DNA of 64,000 bases, from IMG/VR virus record IMGVR_UViG_2716884766_000001, positions 32,001 through 96,000 of that record. One strand, given 5' to 3'. Positions 36,575-46,968 of the stretch are shown here, piece by piece; position 1 is the stretch's first letter, and the number at the start of each line of letters is the position of its first letter. Made by a program: the position numbers and the translations under genes. The notes below the pieces were generated by a model. The model searched no databases. It saw nothing but the letters and a program-made list of their open reading frames with translations, and was not told where the DNA came from. The stretch comes from a virus.

Positions 36575-37328
36575 TAAATCCCTCTGCGTATCCGTCCCAT
36601 TTATATTCTTTAGGCACTCTGTCTACGAACTCAATCAATCCATCCTCAAACTGTTGTAACCATGCTCTTCCTGCTTCAGCTGCGTTAACTTCATTAGTAG
36701 TGAACTCAATGAGATATGTAGGCTTAGTTACATTGAATGATTGCCAGTCAGTCACTGTGCATTTGAATGCGAAGTGCTTCTTCAATAGAAATCCTTGAAT
36801 GTAACAGTCTTCTGTTGGTACTATTATACTTCCTTCTGTCTCTGGTTTAAATCTACCACTCTCTGCCCAATAATATACTTTTCTCTGATAGTTCTTAGCA
36901 TCTACAGGTCCAACACACACTGAGGATCCATCTTTGACCATGCTTGTGAGTCTAGTTACACCTGGCATTTTATATCCAGAGTGACTACCCGCATGATGTA
37001 ATAGACTGTGGTTAGGCATATTTAATGCGTCTGCCTTCCAGTCTGAGGTGAATAGTATAGATCTATGGTGAATGATAGCATCATCATAACCATACTTACG
37101 TAGCAATGCTTCGTTCTCAGCCACCTTACCACTAGGATTCTTCTCTATCCAGTCAGCTAACACATCGAAATCAGGTTTCACCTCTGTTATGTCAGGGTCA
37201 TTACCAAATATCTTTTTGCCTAGTCTAGCACTCACACATGATAATATTTCAAACCCATGCTGTTCGATTTTCTTACCGAACCCATGAGCAGCGATGTCAT
37301 ATGATTTGTTCTCAGTTATGTCAAACAT
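36567..37328 (-). CDS. Hypothetical protein, paralog of 35894-36574
   Basis: Shared colinear motifs (see findings). Confidence 0.7.
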   Translation of the reverse strand: MFDITENKSYDIAAHGFGKKIEQHGFEILSCVSARLGKKIFGNDPDITEVKPDFDVLADWIEKNPSGKVAENEALLRKYGYDDAIIHHRSILFTSDWKADALNMPNHSLLHHAGSHSGYKMPGVTRLTSMVKDGSSVCVGPVDAKNYQRKVYYWAESGRFKPETEGSIIVPTEDCYIQGFLLKKHFAFKCTVTDWQSFNVTKPTYLIEFTTNEVNAAEAGRAWLQQFEDGLIEFVDRVPKEYKWDGYAEGFSA

Positions 37329-37777
37329 TATTCAGTCAAGTTTTCAAATTGGAAGTCGAAGTCGTCTTCATGGAATATAGTTGTAATCCTAGTCTCTGTG
37401 AGTAGTGGATCGAAGTGATTAGCAGTCTGTTTGTGCATCTCTGTTAGATGTGTCTCTAACTCTGTAGCTGTACATGTCTGCTCTTGATTCTTTATAGTAT
37501 TACACTGAGTCAGCTGACTTGAGCTGTCTCCCTCTCTATTCTTCTGTAATAATACAGCATCGAATGCTAGTTTTGCTATCTGTAACCTGATTGGTTCAGT
37601 AGGATTTAGATTCCATGCATCAATTAATAGATCATCTGGTTGAGTTGATAACTCACTACAGTTGATTGATACATGTATTTGTTGAGCATCATCATCAACT
37701 TCAGTTATGGTGAACTTCACTGAGTCCGCACCTAATATTTTGAATTGAGGCTCTTGTGTTACGTCTGATTGTGCCAT
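37328..37777 (-). CDS. Hypothetical protein downstream of the adhesin (possible fibre chaperone)
   Basis: 149-aa acidic ORF; function inferred from position only. Confidence 0.55.
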   Translation of the reverse strand: MAQSDVTQEPQFKILGADSVKFTITEVDDDAQQIHVSINCSELSTQPDDLLIDAWNLNPTEPIRLQIAKLAFDAVLLQKNREGDSSSQLTQCNTIKNQEQTCTATELETHLTEMHKQTANHFDPLLTETRITTIFHEDDFDFQFENLTE

Positions 37778-37782
37778 TGTTG

Positions 37783-38706
37783 TTAGTTTGCTGAACGACC
37801 TCTACGGTCACCTGTTGCTACCCACGAGTATATGTAGGACGCTCCATCTATATATCTCCCTGAGACACCATTCTGACCTGAGTTACCACCTGAAGCATCC
37901 TGACCAGGATTACCACCTTTGGCTCCTGAGTTGGATCCACATCCATTTCCTGCTCCACCATTACCACCTGAGTTGTAGGAACCATTGTTCCCACCATTAT
38001 TACCACCTGAGCCAGCAGGGATACCAGCTCCACCACCACCTCCACCGCCATTAGCGGGGTTGTAATTATATCCTGTTCCCTGTTGGTAACAGTTCTTACC
38101 ACAGTTAAAATTATAATAGTATGTACCTACACACTGTCCGTTCTGACCTCCACGGCCACCACCGCCACCTCCCCACATGTTTCCATTGTTCTCAATGAAT
38201 ACACCTGTACGAGTATACAATGCTGTACCACCTGCAGATCCACCACTTCCTACATTTCCTGCGTTACCACCACGTCCTGCTATTCTAGCACCACTGTTAA
38301 CCTTGATGTACACACGTGACTGACCACCAAAGTTACCTATGTTGATGCCAGGATTACCTCCTGCGTTACCAGTGACATGTATCACACCACGTATTCTATC
38401 GTTATTATTATATGTCCTGCCCAGTGAAGGAGAGACATAACCACTTGTAGTCAGCCATGTGTTTAAATTAAATGTGGAGGTTCGTGTACCACTGAGAGTT
38501 ACATAGAATGTAAATACATTCTCTGTGTCGTGCCACTTTCTCCATGAGCCACCAGATTTAACCCATGCTTGTTTGACTGTACGCCATGAATTACTGTGTT
38601 TGACTGACAGTTGGTCAACCCAACGCCATGTACCACCAGATTTTATGCGTGAATGATATTTTGGACTGAGATAGTTTGCTATCCCTGCGTCATAAGGTAA
38701 TCCCAT
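37783..38706 (-). CDS. gp38-like polyglycine tail-fibre adhesin (receptor-binding protein)
   Basis: Trp-rich N-terminal repeats (KSGGTWR/KSGGSWR); RIAGRGGNAG, IENNGNMWGGGGGG and GGGGGGAG segments; directly after the long fibre gene. Confidence 0.7.
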   Translation of the reverse strand: MGLPYDAGIANYLSPKYHSRIKSGGTWRWVDQLSVKHSNSWRTVKQAWVKSGGSWRKWHDTENVFTFYVTLSGTRTSTFNLNTWLTTSGYVSPSLGRTYNNNDRIRGVIHVTGNAGGNPGINIGNFGGQSRVYIKVNSGARIAGRGGNAGNVGSGGSAGGTALYTRTGVFIENNGNMWGGGGGGRGGQNGQCVGTYYYNFNCGKNCYQQGTGYNYNPANGGGGGGGAGIPAGSGGNNGGNNGSYNSGGNGGAGNGCGSNSGAKGGNPGQDASGGNSGQNGVSGRYIDGASYIYSWVATGDRRGRSAN

Positions 38707-38708
38707 AA

Positions 38709-41700
38709 TTAATATCTATACCATATATCTCCATTATTACCACCACTAGGGTTGTTAGTAGAGATTGTACGTGCTCCGTATGCGTTGGATCCTGATCCAA
38801 TAGTTAGTGTCAATACACCAGTTGATGCGTTCAATGATATACTTGAACCACCTGATACTGACAGTGATCTAACACCTGTGTTAGAAATACTTATACTGTT
38901 AGCACCATTGCTAACACTGATACCATTACCAGCTGATATATTTGCTAGTGCGAATCCACTTGACGAACCTATAAGTAACTGACCGTTAGATATGGTTGAG
39001 GTGTTTATACCTGTACCACCGTATGCTCTGTTAATTATACTTGCTGTCCAAGTACCTGTACTAATAGTACCTATTGTACTCAATGATGACGCTGAAGTCA
39101 AGTTGCTGAGTGTGTCTATAGCACCCTCGATAGTTGCTTCTGTTGTAGCATCTATACTATCAATACCTTTAAGTGAGCAACTACCACCACTGTCTGAGAT
39201 AACATTAGTTGAGCCGACTGTTAAGTCACCACCACTAATAGTCAAGTCACCAGTCAGTGAGAAGTTATTTCTTATGGTTGTAGTACCACTGGTAGAACCA
39301 AGGTTTAAGCTAGTTGCTGCTCCACCTATGTTTAGTGTGGATGCTGTGCTGTTGATTAGGTTGAATGTGCTCTGGTTAGTTGTGATGTCACCACCATTGA
39401 CTGCTACGTCAGATGATGCTGTAATATTATTTGTGACTGACAGTGTGCCACCTAGTGTGGTAGCCCCTGAGTTTACATTAAGTGTACCTGTTGACTGTAT
39501 GTCCAGTCCAAGCCCACTCTTCAACTGCATGTCACCAGTTGCATCAGAGTTACCTGACCCACCTGTAATAGTAATATTACCTGTGTCTGTTAGTCCATGC
39601 TTGACCCAATAGTTACCATCCCAGTACCATCCTGTGTACTCACCACGTGTAGGTAGTTCTTTTAGTTTCCAGTCACCATCGTTGGCTGAACCTGAGCCTG
39701 GTGAGTTAGCAACAACGTCAATGTTTTTACTTCTTTCACCAGTCTTACCAATAGTAATATCAGCACAAGTGACTCTATCATTGATTGTAGTCTCACCCTG
39801 TACAAGGAACTTACCTTTAAATTCTGTTGTTAGAGTATTACTCTCAATGGTTATCTTATCCCTGACGATTATCTCATCAAATGTAGGACGTAAGTTTGCT
39901 GTCTCACCAACAACTGATAACACTGGAGTGTCTAGTGATTCTTCCTCACCTGTAACTGAGCTGATCTTGGTGTTACCTATGAATAGGTCACCATTACTGT
40001 TCAGTCCAGAGTAGAATGCGATACCACCCTCTTCCTTCTGTGACTGTGCTAATAGTATCTCATCACTTGTAAGAACTCTGTTCTGTACTGAAGGTAGACC
40101 AGTTGAATAGTTACCTGGTCCGAAACCAACGTATTCAAATGTGTGGTTACCAGATCTTAAGATACTAGGTCGTCTAACTTCTAGGTCTGTACCACCTGTA
40201 CTGTTTAGTGGTATCATTCTGACTGCTAGGTCTAGTTCTTCTGCGTCACCATCTCTAGCCTCTAGTGTGATGTAGTTAGCAGTCGCTGAGTCAGCTGAAG
40301 CATAGTTTGTATAGTTATTCTTCTGCTCCATGATAAACTCTGAGGTTATCTCTCTTGTAATAGAACGAGAGAGATCCTCAGTACCACCACCATCAGTCGT
40401 AGTAACAAGTCCAACAATAGTATTAGATGCCACTGAAGTTGCTAACAATGGATCTTCTGTTGGGTTGTCCTTATCTAACTGTGGATATAGGTTGTTAATA
40501 TTCTGAGAGAACGCAAAGTTACTGAGGTTACCGTTGGATGGGCTGATCTTACCATTTAACATGGTTAGATAGTAGATACCATTTTGAGCACCTGACTGTA
40601 GTGTTTGTACCTTCTCAATATCGTAGATATAATATACTTTCTCGTATGACTGACCAGTAGCAACGTTTCTGGGCTGAATAATATAACCGTTGATTGGGTC
40701 TCTTGATAGAACTGAGCTGTCTACAACATATCTGAATCTATATGTCCTGTCTCTAGATGACCTGTTGTCAGGTATCCTCATCATATATGATGCACCAGTG
40801 AATAGTGACGTTGCATAAAATGCTTCATTACCTAGATGATAGTGTACACCATAGGATGAGTTACTACTTGTTGCTGCTGTGATTCTTACATACCAACATC
40901 CTAGCTGATCATCAAACTGTAGTGGATGATTAGGGTCACCTGGTACAAAATTTTGTGTAGTTATATTTGTGAAATCATTGTCAGATACACTGCTGCTACC
41001 TGTTGGTGTGACATTAGCATAGTATATTTGAGGTGTTGATCCATTGATCAATGACACATATAATACATCATTGATACGAGCACCAAGGTTGTAACCTTGT
41101 AGTTTATATGGAGGTTTAGTTGCCTCTGAGTTATATCCATAGAGATATAATCTGGTGTCTACTGCTCCAATATATGACCACGTGACTCCTCCATCAGATG
41201 CCGAACCTGAAACGTGTGTGGGAGCTGTGCTACCAGTAGTACCACCAACAGCAGTATAATACGCATTGCCATTGTAAATAACACTTGTTCCTGCAGATAC
41301 TGTGGTGCTTCCTCCCCATGTTGGTTTGGGTGTGCCCACTGTCCTGCTGCTATTATATTTTATTTTTTGTACGTCTAGGGCTATGTAACCAACAGGTATC
41401 TCATCTATACTACCACTGTAGACTACAGAACCACTGGTATTTGATCCACGATAACCTCTGTTCAGTGTGATAGTACCATTAGTTGCTACACTCTCAATCA
41501 TATATGATTCAGTAGCATCAATAGCACCAATACGAATGAATTGGTTAGCGACCAGTCCATGACTAGAATTTAGTGGACTAGGTGTGACTGTCTTATTATT
41601 AAGATTAGCAGTAAATGTATATCCTGCTACTGCTGTGTATGTACGAGCTAACTTCTTAGGAGGTATAATATGTGTGACCTTACCCGCCTTGTCCTGCGTA

Positions 41701-43226
41701 AATGGTAAAGTCTTAAATCCTTTCGCTCTTAGAGCTGTTGATCCGAAGTTAGAGTTAGAGTTGGTAATTGACTGGTCGCCACCGCTAAGGGCAACGAAAT
41801 GATCAGCAAAACCAACAGCGAAAACAGAAACTGCCTGAATAACTGCGTCATTAGAGCATTTAACGTGGAAGTTTCGGTAGCTCGGTCTGTATATACTGTC
41901 GCCATCTGTATGATTACCTTGTATGTACGTTGAACCATCCCATTTGATGAACGCATTGTCATCTTTCTGCAGTGATACTCCAGTGAACTGAGCAACAACC
42001 ATAGATTTGAAACCAGTTGACTTACTACCATCAGCATGCATACCACATGTACCCCACGTTGAACGTAGAGATATGTTGAATATGTATGGTGACGCTGAGT
42101 CAACGTTGTCAATCTCAACTCGTACTGTAGAACCAGTAGCAGTTGGGTTGTTAGCAGGAGCAGCCTGATTGGGATCCTTTATTATGTATCTGAAGGTTGT
42201 TGTGGTTGGTACTTCTGTAATAAAATATGAACCGTTAAATCTACCAGCCACAGCCCCTGAGACACCTTCGATCTGAACTGGGGTTCCGTTAGAAAATCCA
42301 TGTGGTGTTGTGGTTGTTACCTCTGCTGTTGTAGTATACACACCACTGTTGATGTAGTCTGTGACTATACTACTGATAGTAATAGGACCTGAGGTATTAG
42401 GACCTACAATTCTATTTTCCTCAACTCTCTTCTGGAACTCGTCTGCTGCGACAACACCAGTAGTGTCAGGGATATCATCAAATGCCTTCGCTACCTTCTG
42501 GTAGTATAGGTCTAAGTCAGTGATAGTAAGAGCATTACCAGCTGTGTCGTTGACACTGCTCAGAATATTTTTACCATCAGCATATTCAAAGCAACACAAT
42601 TTGTGATGAGAATATGTTGGAGGTGTTGATGCACTGGGCTGAGCTGGGTCAGTATATACACCTGTCTTAGGACCATCAAAGAATGAGAACTGCCAGAAAT
42701 AACATCCACCAGTTACACGAAATATTGCTGCTCTGTCGATTGCTCCTGCTGTTGGATCAGGAACATATAATGGTCTTAGCTTAGTCTTTCTAAGATCCAT
42801 ACCCACGAGGGATGTACCTCTTGGGATGATGATACCACCCTCTACACTATTAAATTTGTATAGTATATTGTCAGGGTTAGGTGTACCATCAGAATTTTGT
42901 AAGTCTAGGTCTGTGCTAGAGTTTAGTATGGGTATATCATCGTCTACAAATGCCTGTCCAGATGTATTAGTACCTGGTCTGTTGTCTAGTACATAATCAG
43001 AGGGATATAATACTATCGTAAATGACTCGAAAGCATCGTTGAACTGTCCAGTACGATATGAGAATCGTGCTGACTCAACCAGTGCTCTTTGAATTGACTT
43101 GAATGGTCTGTTAGGACTATTACCTCTATTATCAAAAGAATCCGAAGCATCAAAATCGTCAGGGTTGACGTAGATACAACGGCCTGTCTTCGAGGTAAAG
43201 ACATTCTTTAGTCTTGTTAGTGCCAT
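38709..43226 (-). CDS. Long tail fibre / structural protein (1505 aa)
   Basis: N-terminal MALTRLKN...IYVNP.DFDASD...PFKSIQRAL, RRPSILRSGNHTFEYVGFGPGNYSTGLP, beta-strand repeats and a C-terminal PSGGNNGDIWYRY. Confidence 0.8.
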   Translation of the reverse strand: MALTRLKNVFTSKTGRCIYVNPDDFDASDSFDNRGNSPNRPFKSIQRALVESARFSYRTGQFNDAFESFTIVLYPSDYVLDNRPGTNTSGQAFVDDDIPILNSSTDLDLQNSDGTPNPDNILYKFNSVEGGIIIPRGTSLVGMDLRKTKLRPLYVPDPTAGAIDRAAIFRVTGGCYFWQFSFFDGPKTGVYTDPAQPSASTPPTYSHHKLCCFEYADGKNILSSVNDTAGNALTITDLDLYYQKVAKAFDDIPDTTGVVAADEFQKRVEENRIVGPNTSGPITISSIVTDYINSGVYTTTAEVTTTTPHGFSNGTPVQIEGVSGAVAGRFNGSYFITEVPTTTTFRYIIKDPNQAAPANNPTATGSTVRVEIDNVDSASPYIFNISLRSTWGTCGMHADGSKSTGFKSMVVAQFTGVSLQKDDNAFIKWDGSTYIQGNHTDGDSIYRPSYRNFHVKCSNDAVIQAVSVFAVGFADHFVALSGGDQSITNSNSNFGSTALRAKGFKTLPFTQDKAGKVTHIIPPKKLARTYTAVAGYTFTANLNNKTVTPSPLNSSHGLVANQFIRIGAIDATESYMIESVATNGTITLNRGYRGSNTSGSVVYSGSIDEIPVGYIALDVQKIKYNSSRTVGTPKPTWGGSTTVSAGTSVIYNGNAYYTAVGGTTGSTAPTHVSGSASDGGVTWSYIGAVDTRLYLYGYNSEATKPPYKLQGYNLGARINDVLYVSLINGSTPQIYYANVTPTGSSSVSDNDFTNITTQNFVPGDPNHPLQFDDQLGCWYVRITAATSSNSSYGVHYHLGNEAFYATSLFTGASYMMRIPDNRSSRDRTYRFRYVVDSSVLSRDPINGYIIQPRNVATGQSYEKVYYIYDIEKVQTLQSGAQNGIYYLTMLNGKISPSNGNLSNFAFSQNINNLYPQLDKDNPTEDPLLATSVASNTIVGLVTTTDGGGTEDLSRSITREITSEFIMEQKNNYTNYASADSATANYITLEARDGDAEELDLAVRMIPLNSTGGTDLEVRRPSILRSGNHTFEYVGFGPGNYSTGLPSVQNRVLTSDEILLAQSQKEEGGIAFYSGLNSNGDLFIGNTKISSVTGEEESLDTPVLSVVGETANLRPTFDEIIVRDKITIESNTLTTEFKGKFLVQGETTINDRVTCADITIGKTGERSKNIDVVANSPGSGSANDGDWKLKELPTRGEYTGWYWDGNYWVKHGLTDTGNITITGGSGNSDATGDMQLKSGLGLDIQSTGTLNVNSGATTLGGTLSVTNNITASSDVAVNGGDITTNQSTFNLINSTASTLNIGGAATSLNLGSTSGTTTIRNNFSLTGDLTISGGDLTVGSTNVISDSGGSCSLKGIDSIDATTEATIEGAIDTLSNLTSASSLSTIGTISTGTWTASIINRAYGGTGINTSTISNGQLLIGSSSGFALANISAGNGISVSNGANSISISNTGVRSLSVSGGSSISLNASTGVLTLTIGSGSNAYGARTISTNNPSGGNNGDIWYRY

Positions 43227-43230
43227 TTAA

Positions 43231-44226
43231 TTAACTAATAGTTACGCTTTCTTCAAATCCTATAAAATTAAATGCTACGCCAGCTGATGCACTCACGTAT
43301 AGATTCTGCCACTGTTCAAGTACCAGACCTGTCAAACTCACTTCAGAATTGTTTGGAATTGGGTATGATTTTAAGATCTTGTTCTGATCATTACTGTATG
43401 CTACGGAAGCAATAATAACTTCTGGTTGAGTAGCAGTCGTCATCTTCCACTCAGCAGTCACGTTAGTACCACTGGTATTACTAGAGTTATACAGTGTTAC
43501 AGTTGATAATGAGGGTAACCACTCATAACCTCTTGATGAGATTGATAGTTGTCCTGCTCCACCGATACCAGACACCCTTTGTAGTGTTGGCTCAGTATAA
43601 TACTGTGACTTCACGTTGTTAAACAGTGAGTCATTTTGGAATAACAGTGTACCTGTGAGTCTGTCATAGAATACAACTCTACCACTGGTTCCAACATATG
43701 AGTCAGTAATAGTTCCACTACCACCACCAGCTCCTGCTATTGTCAATGTAGCAGCTGTCACTGGCCATGATCCAACAGGTAACTCATACCATACTTTAAG
43801 GTTAGAAGCGTCCCATGCTATACATTTTGCTGTCTGAGTTCCAGTCAAACTACCACCAGTGATAGTAAGTGTTTCACCTGGTACATATGCTGTACCATTG
43901 TGACCTGAGATAATAACATATGATGATGTTACCTTATCATTAGGAGCGAAACTAAACTCTGAGAAGTTAGATACAGTAGGAGACTGTGAGCCAGGAGCAG
44001 CGAATTGAATTGCTTCTGTGTAGTCTTGGATAGCAACATCTACAGTTGCTGTAGCACCAGTCGTATTCATCATCCTAAGTGAACCACTTGTAAGTGTAGC
44101 ACTAGGAGTTGTGTACATAGGAAAATCAGCACGAACTAGACCATTTGGGTTAGCTGACTGGTCAACGTATGCATGTGAATATTTTGTTGTAGCGGACTGA
44201 TAGGACGCTAGTACACCGTTTGCCAT
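43231..44226 (-). CDS. Putative virion structural protein
   Basis: MANGVLA start, C-terminal FIGFEE, S/T/G-rich; lies between fibre genes. Confidence 0.6.
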   Translation of the reverse strand: MANGVLASYQSATTKYSHAYVDQSANPNGLVRADFPMYTTPSATLTSGSLRMMNTTGATATVDVAIQDYTEAIQFAAPGSQSPTVSNFSEFSFAPNDKVTSSYVIISGHNGTAYVPGETLTITGGSLTGTQTAKCIAWDASNLKVWYELPVGSWPVTAATLTIAGAGGGSGTITDSYVGTSGRVVFYDRLTGTLLFQNDSLFNNVKSQYYTEPTLQRVSGIGGAGQLSISSRGYEWLPSLSTVTLYNSSNTSGTNVTAEWKMTTATQPEVIIASVAYSNDQNKILKSYPIPNNSEVSLTGLVLEQWQNLYVSASAGVAFNFIGFEESVTIS

Positions 44227-44230
44227 TTAT

Positions 44231-45994
44231 TTAAGAATATGCGTGGAAAATAACTTTTGTTCTGCTTGTAGCAGAGATAGTATCAGCAGTAATAGTCTGT
44301 ACTGCACCGTTTAAGTCAGTTAACTTTAGACGTTTAGCATATATAGCACCGCCTATTTTGTTGACTGGATCTGTTTCAGTAACATAGAAGTCACCATCAA
44401 CATTACTATCACCTGTGACATCTAATCGTTTAGCAGGAGTCTTAGCGATACCCACATTACCATTAGAGTCAATCATCATCTCAGTGGTTCCATCAAATTT
44501 GTTGAACCTGATAGGAGTAGCATCTAATCTCCTTTGGAGTACAAATGCTGAGGAATCACCACCAATAAGTTGACCACCTGTAAAGTATATATCTCCTCCG
44601 ACTTCGAGCTTATATGCTGTGGGAGTTATATCTATACCTACACGATCATTTGTGTCATCTAATATGAATGTACCATCATCAAAGTTGACTGATCCAGTAG
44701 TAACTAGGTTACTAACCGCACCGATCTGACTGATTAGACTGAGGTTACCTGTGTGGATAATCTCGTTCTTTGTCTCTGTAGATGAACCATAATCATATTG
44801 TCTATACTGTAGTGCTCCACCAGATGTCGTAAACTCGATAGCAGCAGTAGTATAGTCTTGTCCTCCTGCGTCAATAGTAACAGATGAGAGAGCACCATTA
44901 ACTACAACTGGAGTAACAAGTGCATCAGAACCATCACCAGTGATGACTGCTGTCATTGCCTTAGATATATTAGCACCTGGATTGACGATAGTAAATCCTG
45001 AGACAGCACCGTTTGTAATATTAACTACTACAGAGGGCATTGTATAACCGATACTCGCTATTCTCATACCATATGAGTAATTGGTAGATGAGTAGTCTGT
45101 ATCTCTATCATAATATGCTAAATCAAGATACCTTGATGCTGAATCAGTTGAGACTGCTAAGTCACCAGCTAATTTACCTGCATTGGTATCTTGACTTGTG
45201 TCAAAAAACTTTAACTTCTTGTATGTACCAGTACTACTGATCTGATTAAGTGTGATGTCATCAGTAGCAGTTGTAGTAGCATTGATAGTTACTGGGTTGT
45301 TCGCAGTTAGATTTGCGTTCAACGTTGTAACAGCAGCAACTGTTAGTGTATCAGTATTGTCAGATCCTATGGTTGAGTTACCATCAACCTGTAAGTCACC
45401 AGATAATGTGAGGTTAACACCTGTCAAATCACCTGAGAATATAGGAGATACCAGTGTCTTACTGGTTAGAGTCTGAGTAGATGATGTAGTTACTATAGTA
45501 TCAATGTCAACTCCTGCATCAGGGAAGACAAATGTTCTAGTAGTACCTGTGGGTAATTGAGTGGCAGAAAATTTTATTATCTTACTGTTGTCCGAACTGT
45601 TGGGTACAGTGAACACCGAGTCATTGATAGCAATGGTAGAGTTGAATCTAATTAATCCAGTACCTAGTGCCTGTAGTGTCAGGTCTAAGTTGGAGTCTGC
45701 AGAGTCTCTAGCAGATAGAACTAATGAAGTAGATTGCTTTTCAAGCAATAGTTTAGAGTCACCAAGTGATATACCTAGTTCTCCTTGAGTTGTTGAATAC
45801 AGCCCTGTCGCTGTCTTCTGATCGAATGCCAAGCCAGGTTGGTTCTGTGATCCACCAGGCACTGCCTTAAAAATGGATCCTACTTCGCTCTTTTTATTTG
45901 TATCTACTGGGTCAGAATTATCAAGCAACAGAAGGGTATCTGAAGGTGATACTGTAGTCAGTAGAGTCAGGTCTGATATCTTACGAGTTGCCAC
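44231..45994 (-). CDS. Tail fibre-like protein
   Basis: RKISDL N-terminus; TQTLTSKTL, RVGI..P...LEVGG and GNVGI..TP...LDVTG fibre motifs. Confidence 0.75.
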   Translation of the reverse strand: MATRKISDLTLLTTVSPSDTLLLLDNSDPVDTNKKSEVGSIFKAVPGGSQNQPGLAFDQKTATGLYSTTQGELGISLGDSKLLLEKQSTSLVLSARDSADSNLDLTLQALGTGLIRFNSTIAINDSVFTVPNSSDNSKIIKFSATQLPTGTTRTFVFPDAGVDIDTIVTTSSTQTLTSKTLVSPIFSGDLTGVNLTLSGDLQVDGNSTIGSDNTDTLTVAAVTTLNANLTANNPVTINATTTATDDITLNQISSTGTYKKLKFFDTSQDTNAGKLAGDLAVSTDSASRYLDLAYYDRDTDYSSTNYSYGMRIASIGYTMPSVVVNITNGAVSGFTIVNPGANISKAMTAVITGDGSDALVTPVVVNGALSSVTIDAGGQDYTTAAIEFTTSGGALQYRQYDYGSSTETKNEIIHTGNLSLISQIGAVSNLVTTGSVNFDDGTFILDDTNDRVGIDITPTAYKLEVGGDIYFTGGQLIGGDSSAFVLQRRLDATPIRFNKFDGTTEMMIDSNGNVGIAKTPAKRLDVTGDSNVDGDFYVTETDPVNKIGGAIYAKRLKLTDLNGAVQTITADTISATSRTKVIFHAYS

Positions 45995-46019
45995 ACGTAC
46001 CCTACATTAAGTTCTCCAT

Positions 46020-46445
46020 TTATTTATACGCTTTATCAAAGATAAAAGGTCCGTAACGACTGCCCCATGTCTGTTTCCCATCTTTATCGTATCCTCTGTC
46101 CACCACTGTGTACTTATCTTTCTCTAATATTGCTTCAGATCTGAGGTATCCACCGTTAACCCATGGACTTTTGAAGTTACGTCCGATATACTTATCACCA
46201 TCCTTGATGAAGTGTATATCTGCTACTGGATTAAGAGCTATGATCTCTCCATCTCTCTCTATTATCTCTATCTCCTTACGTCTATACTCCTCATTATTAT
46301 ATTTGTATCGTTGATGTGATAGGAACTTTGTACCCTCTGTCCTCTCATGTGTCAGTAGTACATGAGCATAGTAAGACGGCCAACTGGATGCTTGTCCCCA
46401 GTTGTTATACTCTCCCTCAAACCACTCAAGAAATTCTTCAAGCAT
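46020..46445 (-). CDS. cpeT: CpeT/CpcT-like phycobiliprotein lyase
   Basis: GEYNNWGQA...P..YAHV...H, Q.Y.....YR and DRGYD.DGKQ.WGS..GPF.F. Confidence 0.8.
   Translation of the reverse strand: MLEEFLEWFEGEYNNWGQASSWPSYYAHVLLTHERTEGTKFLSHQRYKYNNEEYRRKEIEIIERDGEIIALNPVADIHFIKDGDKYIGRNFKSPWVNGGYLRSEAILEKDKYTVVDRGYDKDGKQTWGSRYGPFIFDKAYK
46021..46028 (-). promoter_or_regulatory. T4-type late promoter TATAAATA for the fibre operon
   Basis: Exact motif overlapping the cpeT stop, 26 nt before the fibre start. Confidence 0.75.
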
Positions 46446-46968
46446 TGAACTTGATTGCTAACGTAAATCTATACAATGGAGCAGCAAACGATTGCTGTCG
46501 TGCTGCGTGTGGTATAGTGCTGTCAAATATAATTATTCTACCAGGCTTATATGGTGTACAAAATTCTATTTCTTGTGCGTCATCACCTAACAGTATAGTT
46601 TCACCACCCCACTCATGCTTCCACTCTCTATTCATATAGTATAGCAGAGTCTTATCTCCTTTGCGTGAACTGTCCACGTGTACATCAGGACTCTCACTGT
46701 GTATACCACAGTTGATGTATGCTGTCTCCACATTCGCAGGAACATAGTCATCGAGGAACCCTGCGATACCATCAGTAAAGAAGTTCTCTACCACCCATTT
46801 CTGATCCACATATGCTACTGGTTTCTGTGTCTTTATATCTTGTATGTCATACTTATTGCTGCCTACCAATCTATATGGCAGTGAACATGCTTCTACATAT
46901 AGGTTAATCTGTTGCTGTAGAGGTATCAGATCATCAATGATAACTACCTCACCATTAGATAGTTTCAT
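46438..46968 (-). CDS. 2OG-Fe(II) oxygenase (prolyl-hydroxylase-like)
   Basis: HVD, TLLYYMN.EW...WGGET, PGRIIIFDSTIPH and RFTLAIKF. Confidence 0.85.
   Translation of the reverse strand: MKLSNGEVVIIDDLIPLQQQINLYVEACSLPYRLVGSNKYDIQDIKTQKPVAYVDQKWVVENFFTDGIAGFLDDYVPANVETAYINCGIHSESPDVHVDSSRKGDKTLLYYMNREWKHEWGGETILLGDDAQEIEFCTPYKPGRIIIFDSTIPHAARQQSFAAPLYRFTLAIKFNA

Noticed and set aside
37783-43226. Diversity-generating retroelement or invertible tail-fibre cassette
   Set aside because: No reverse transcriptase, invertase or duplicated template of the adhesin or fibre 3' end is visible in the window.
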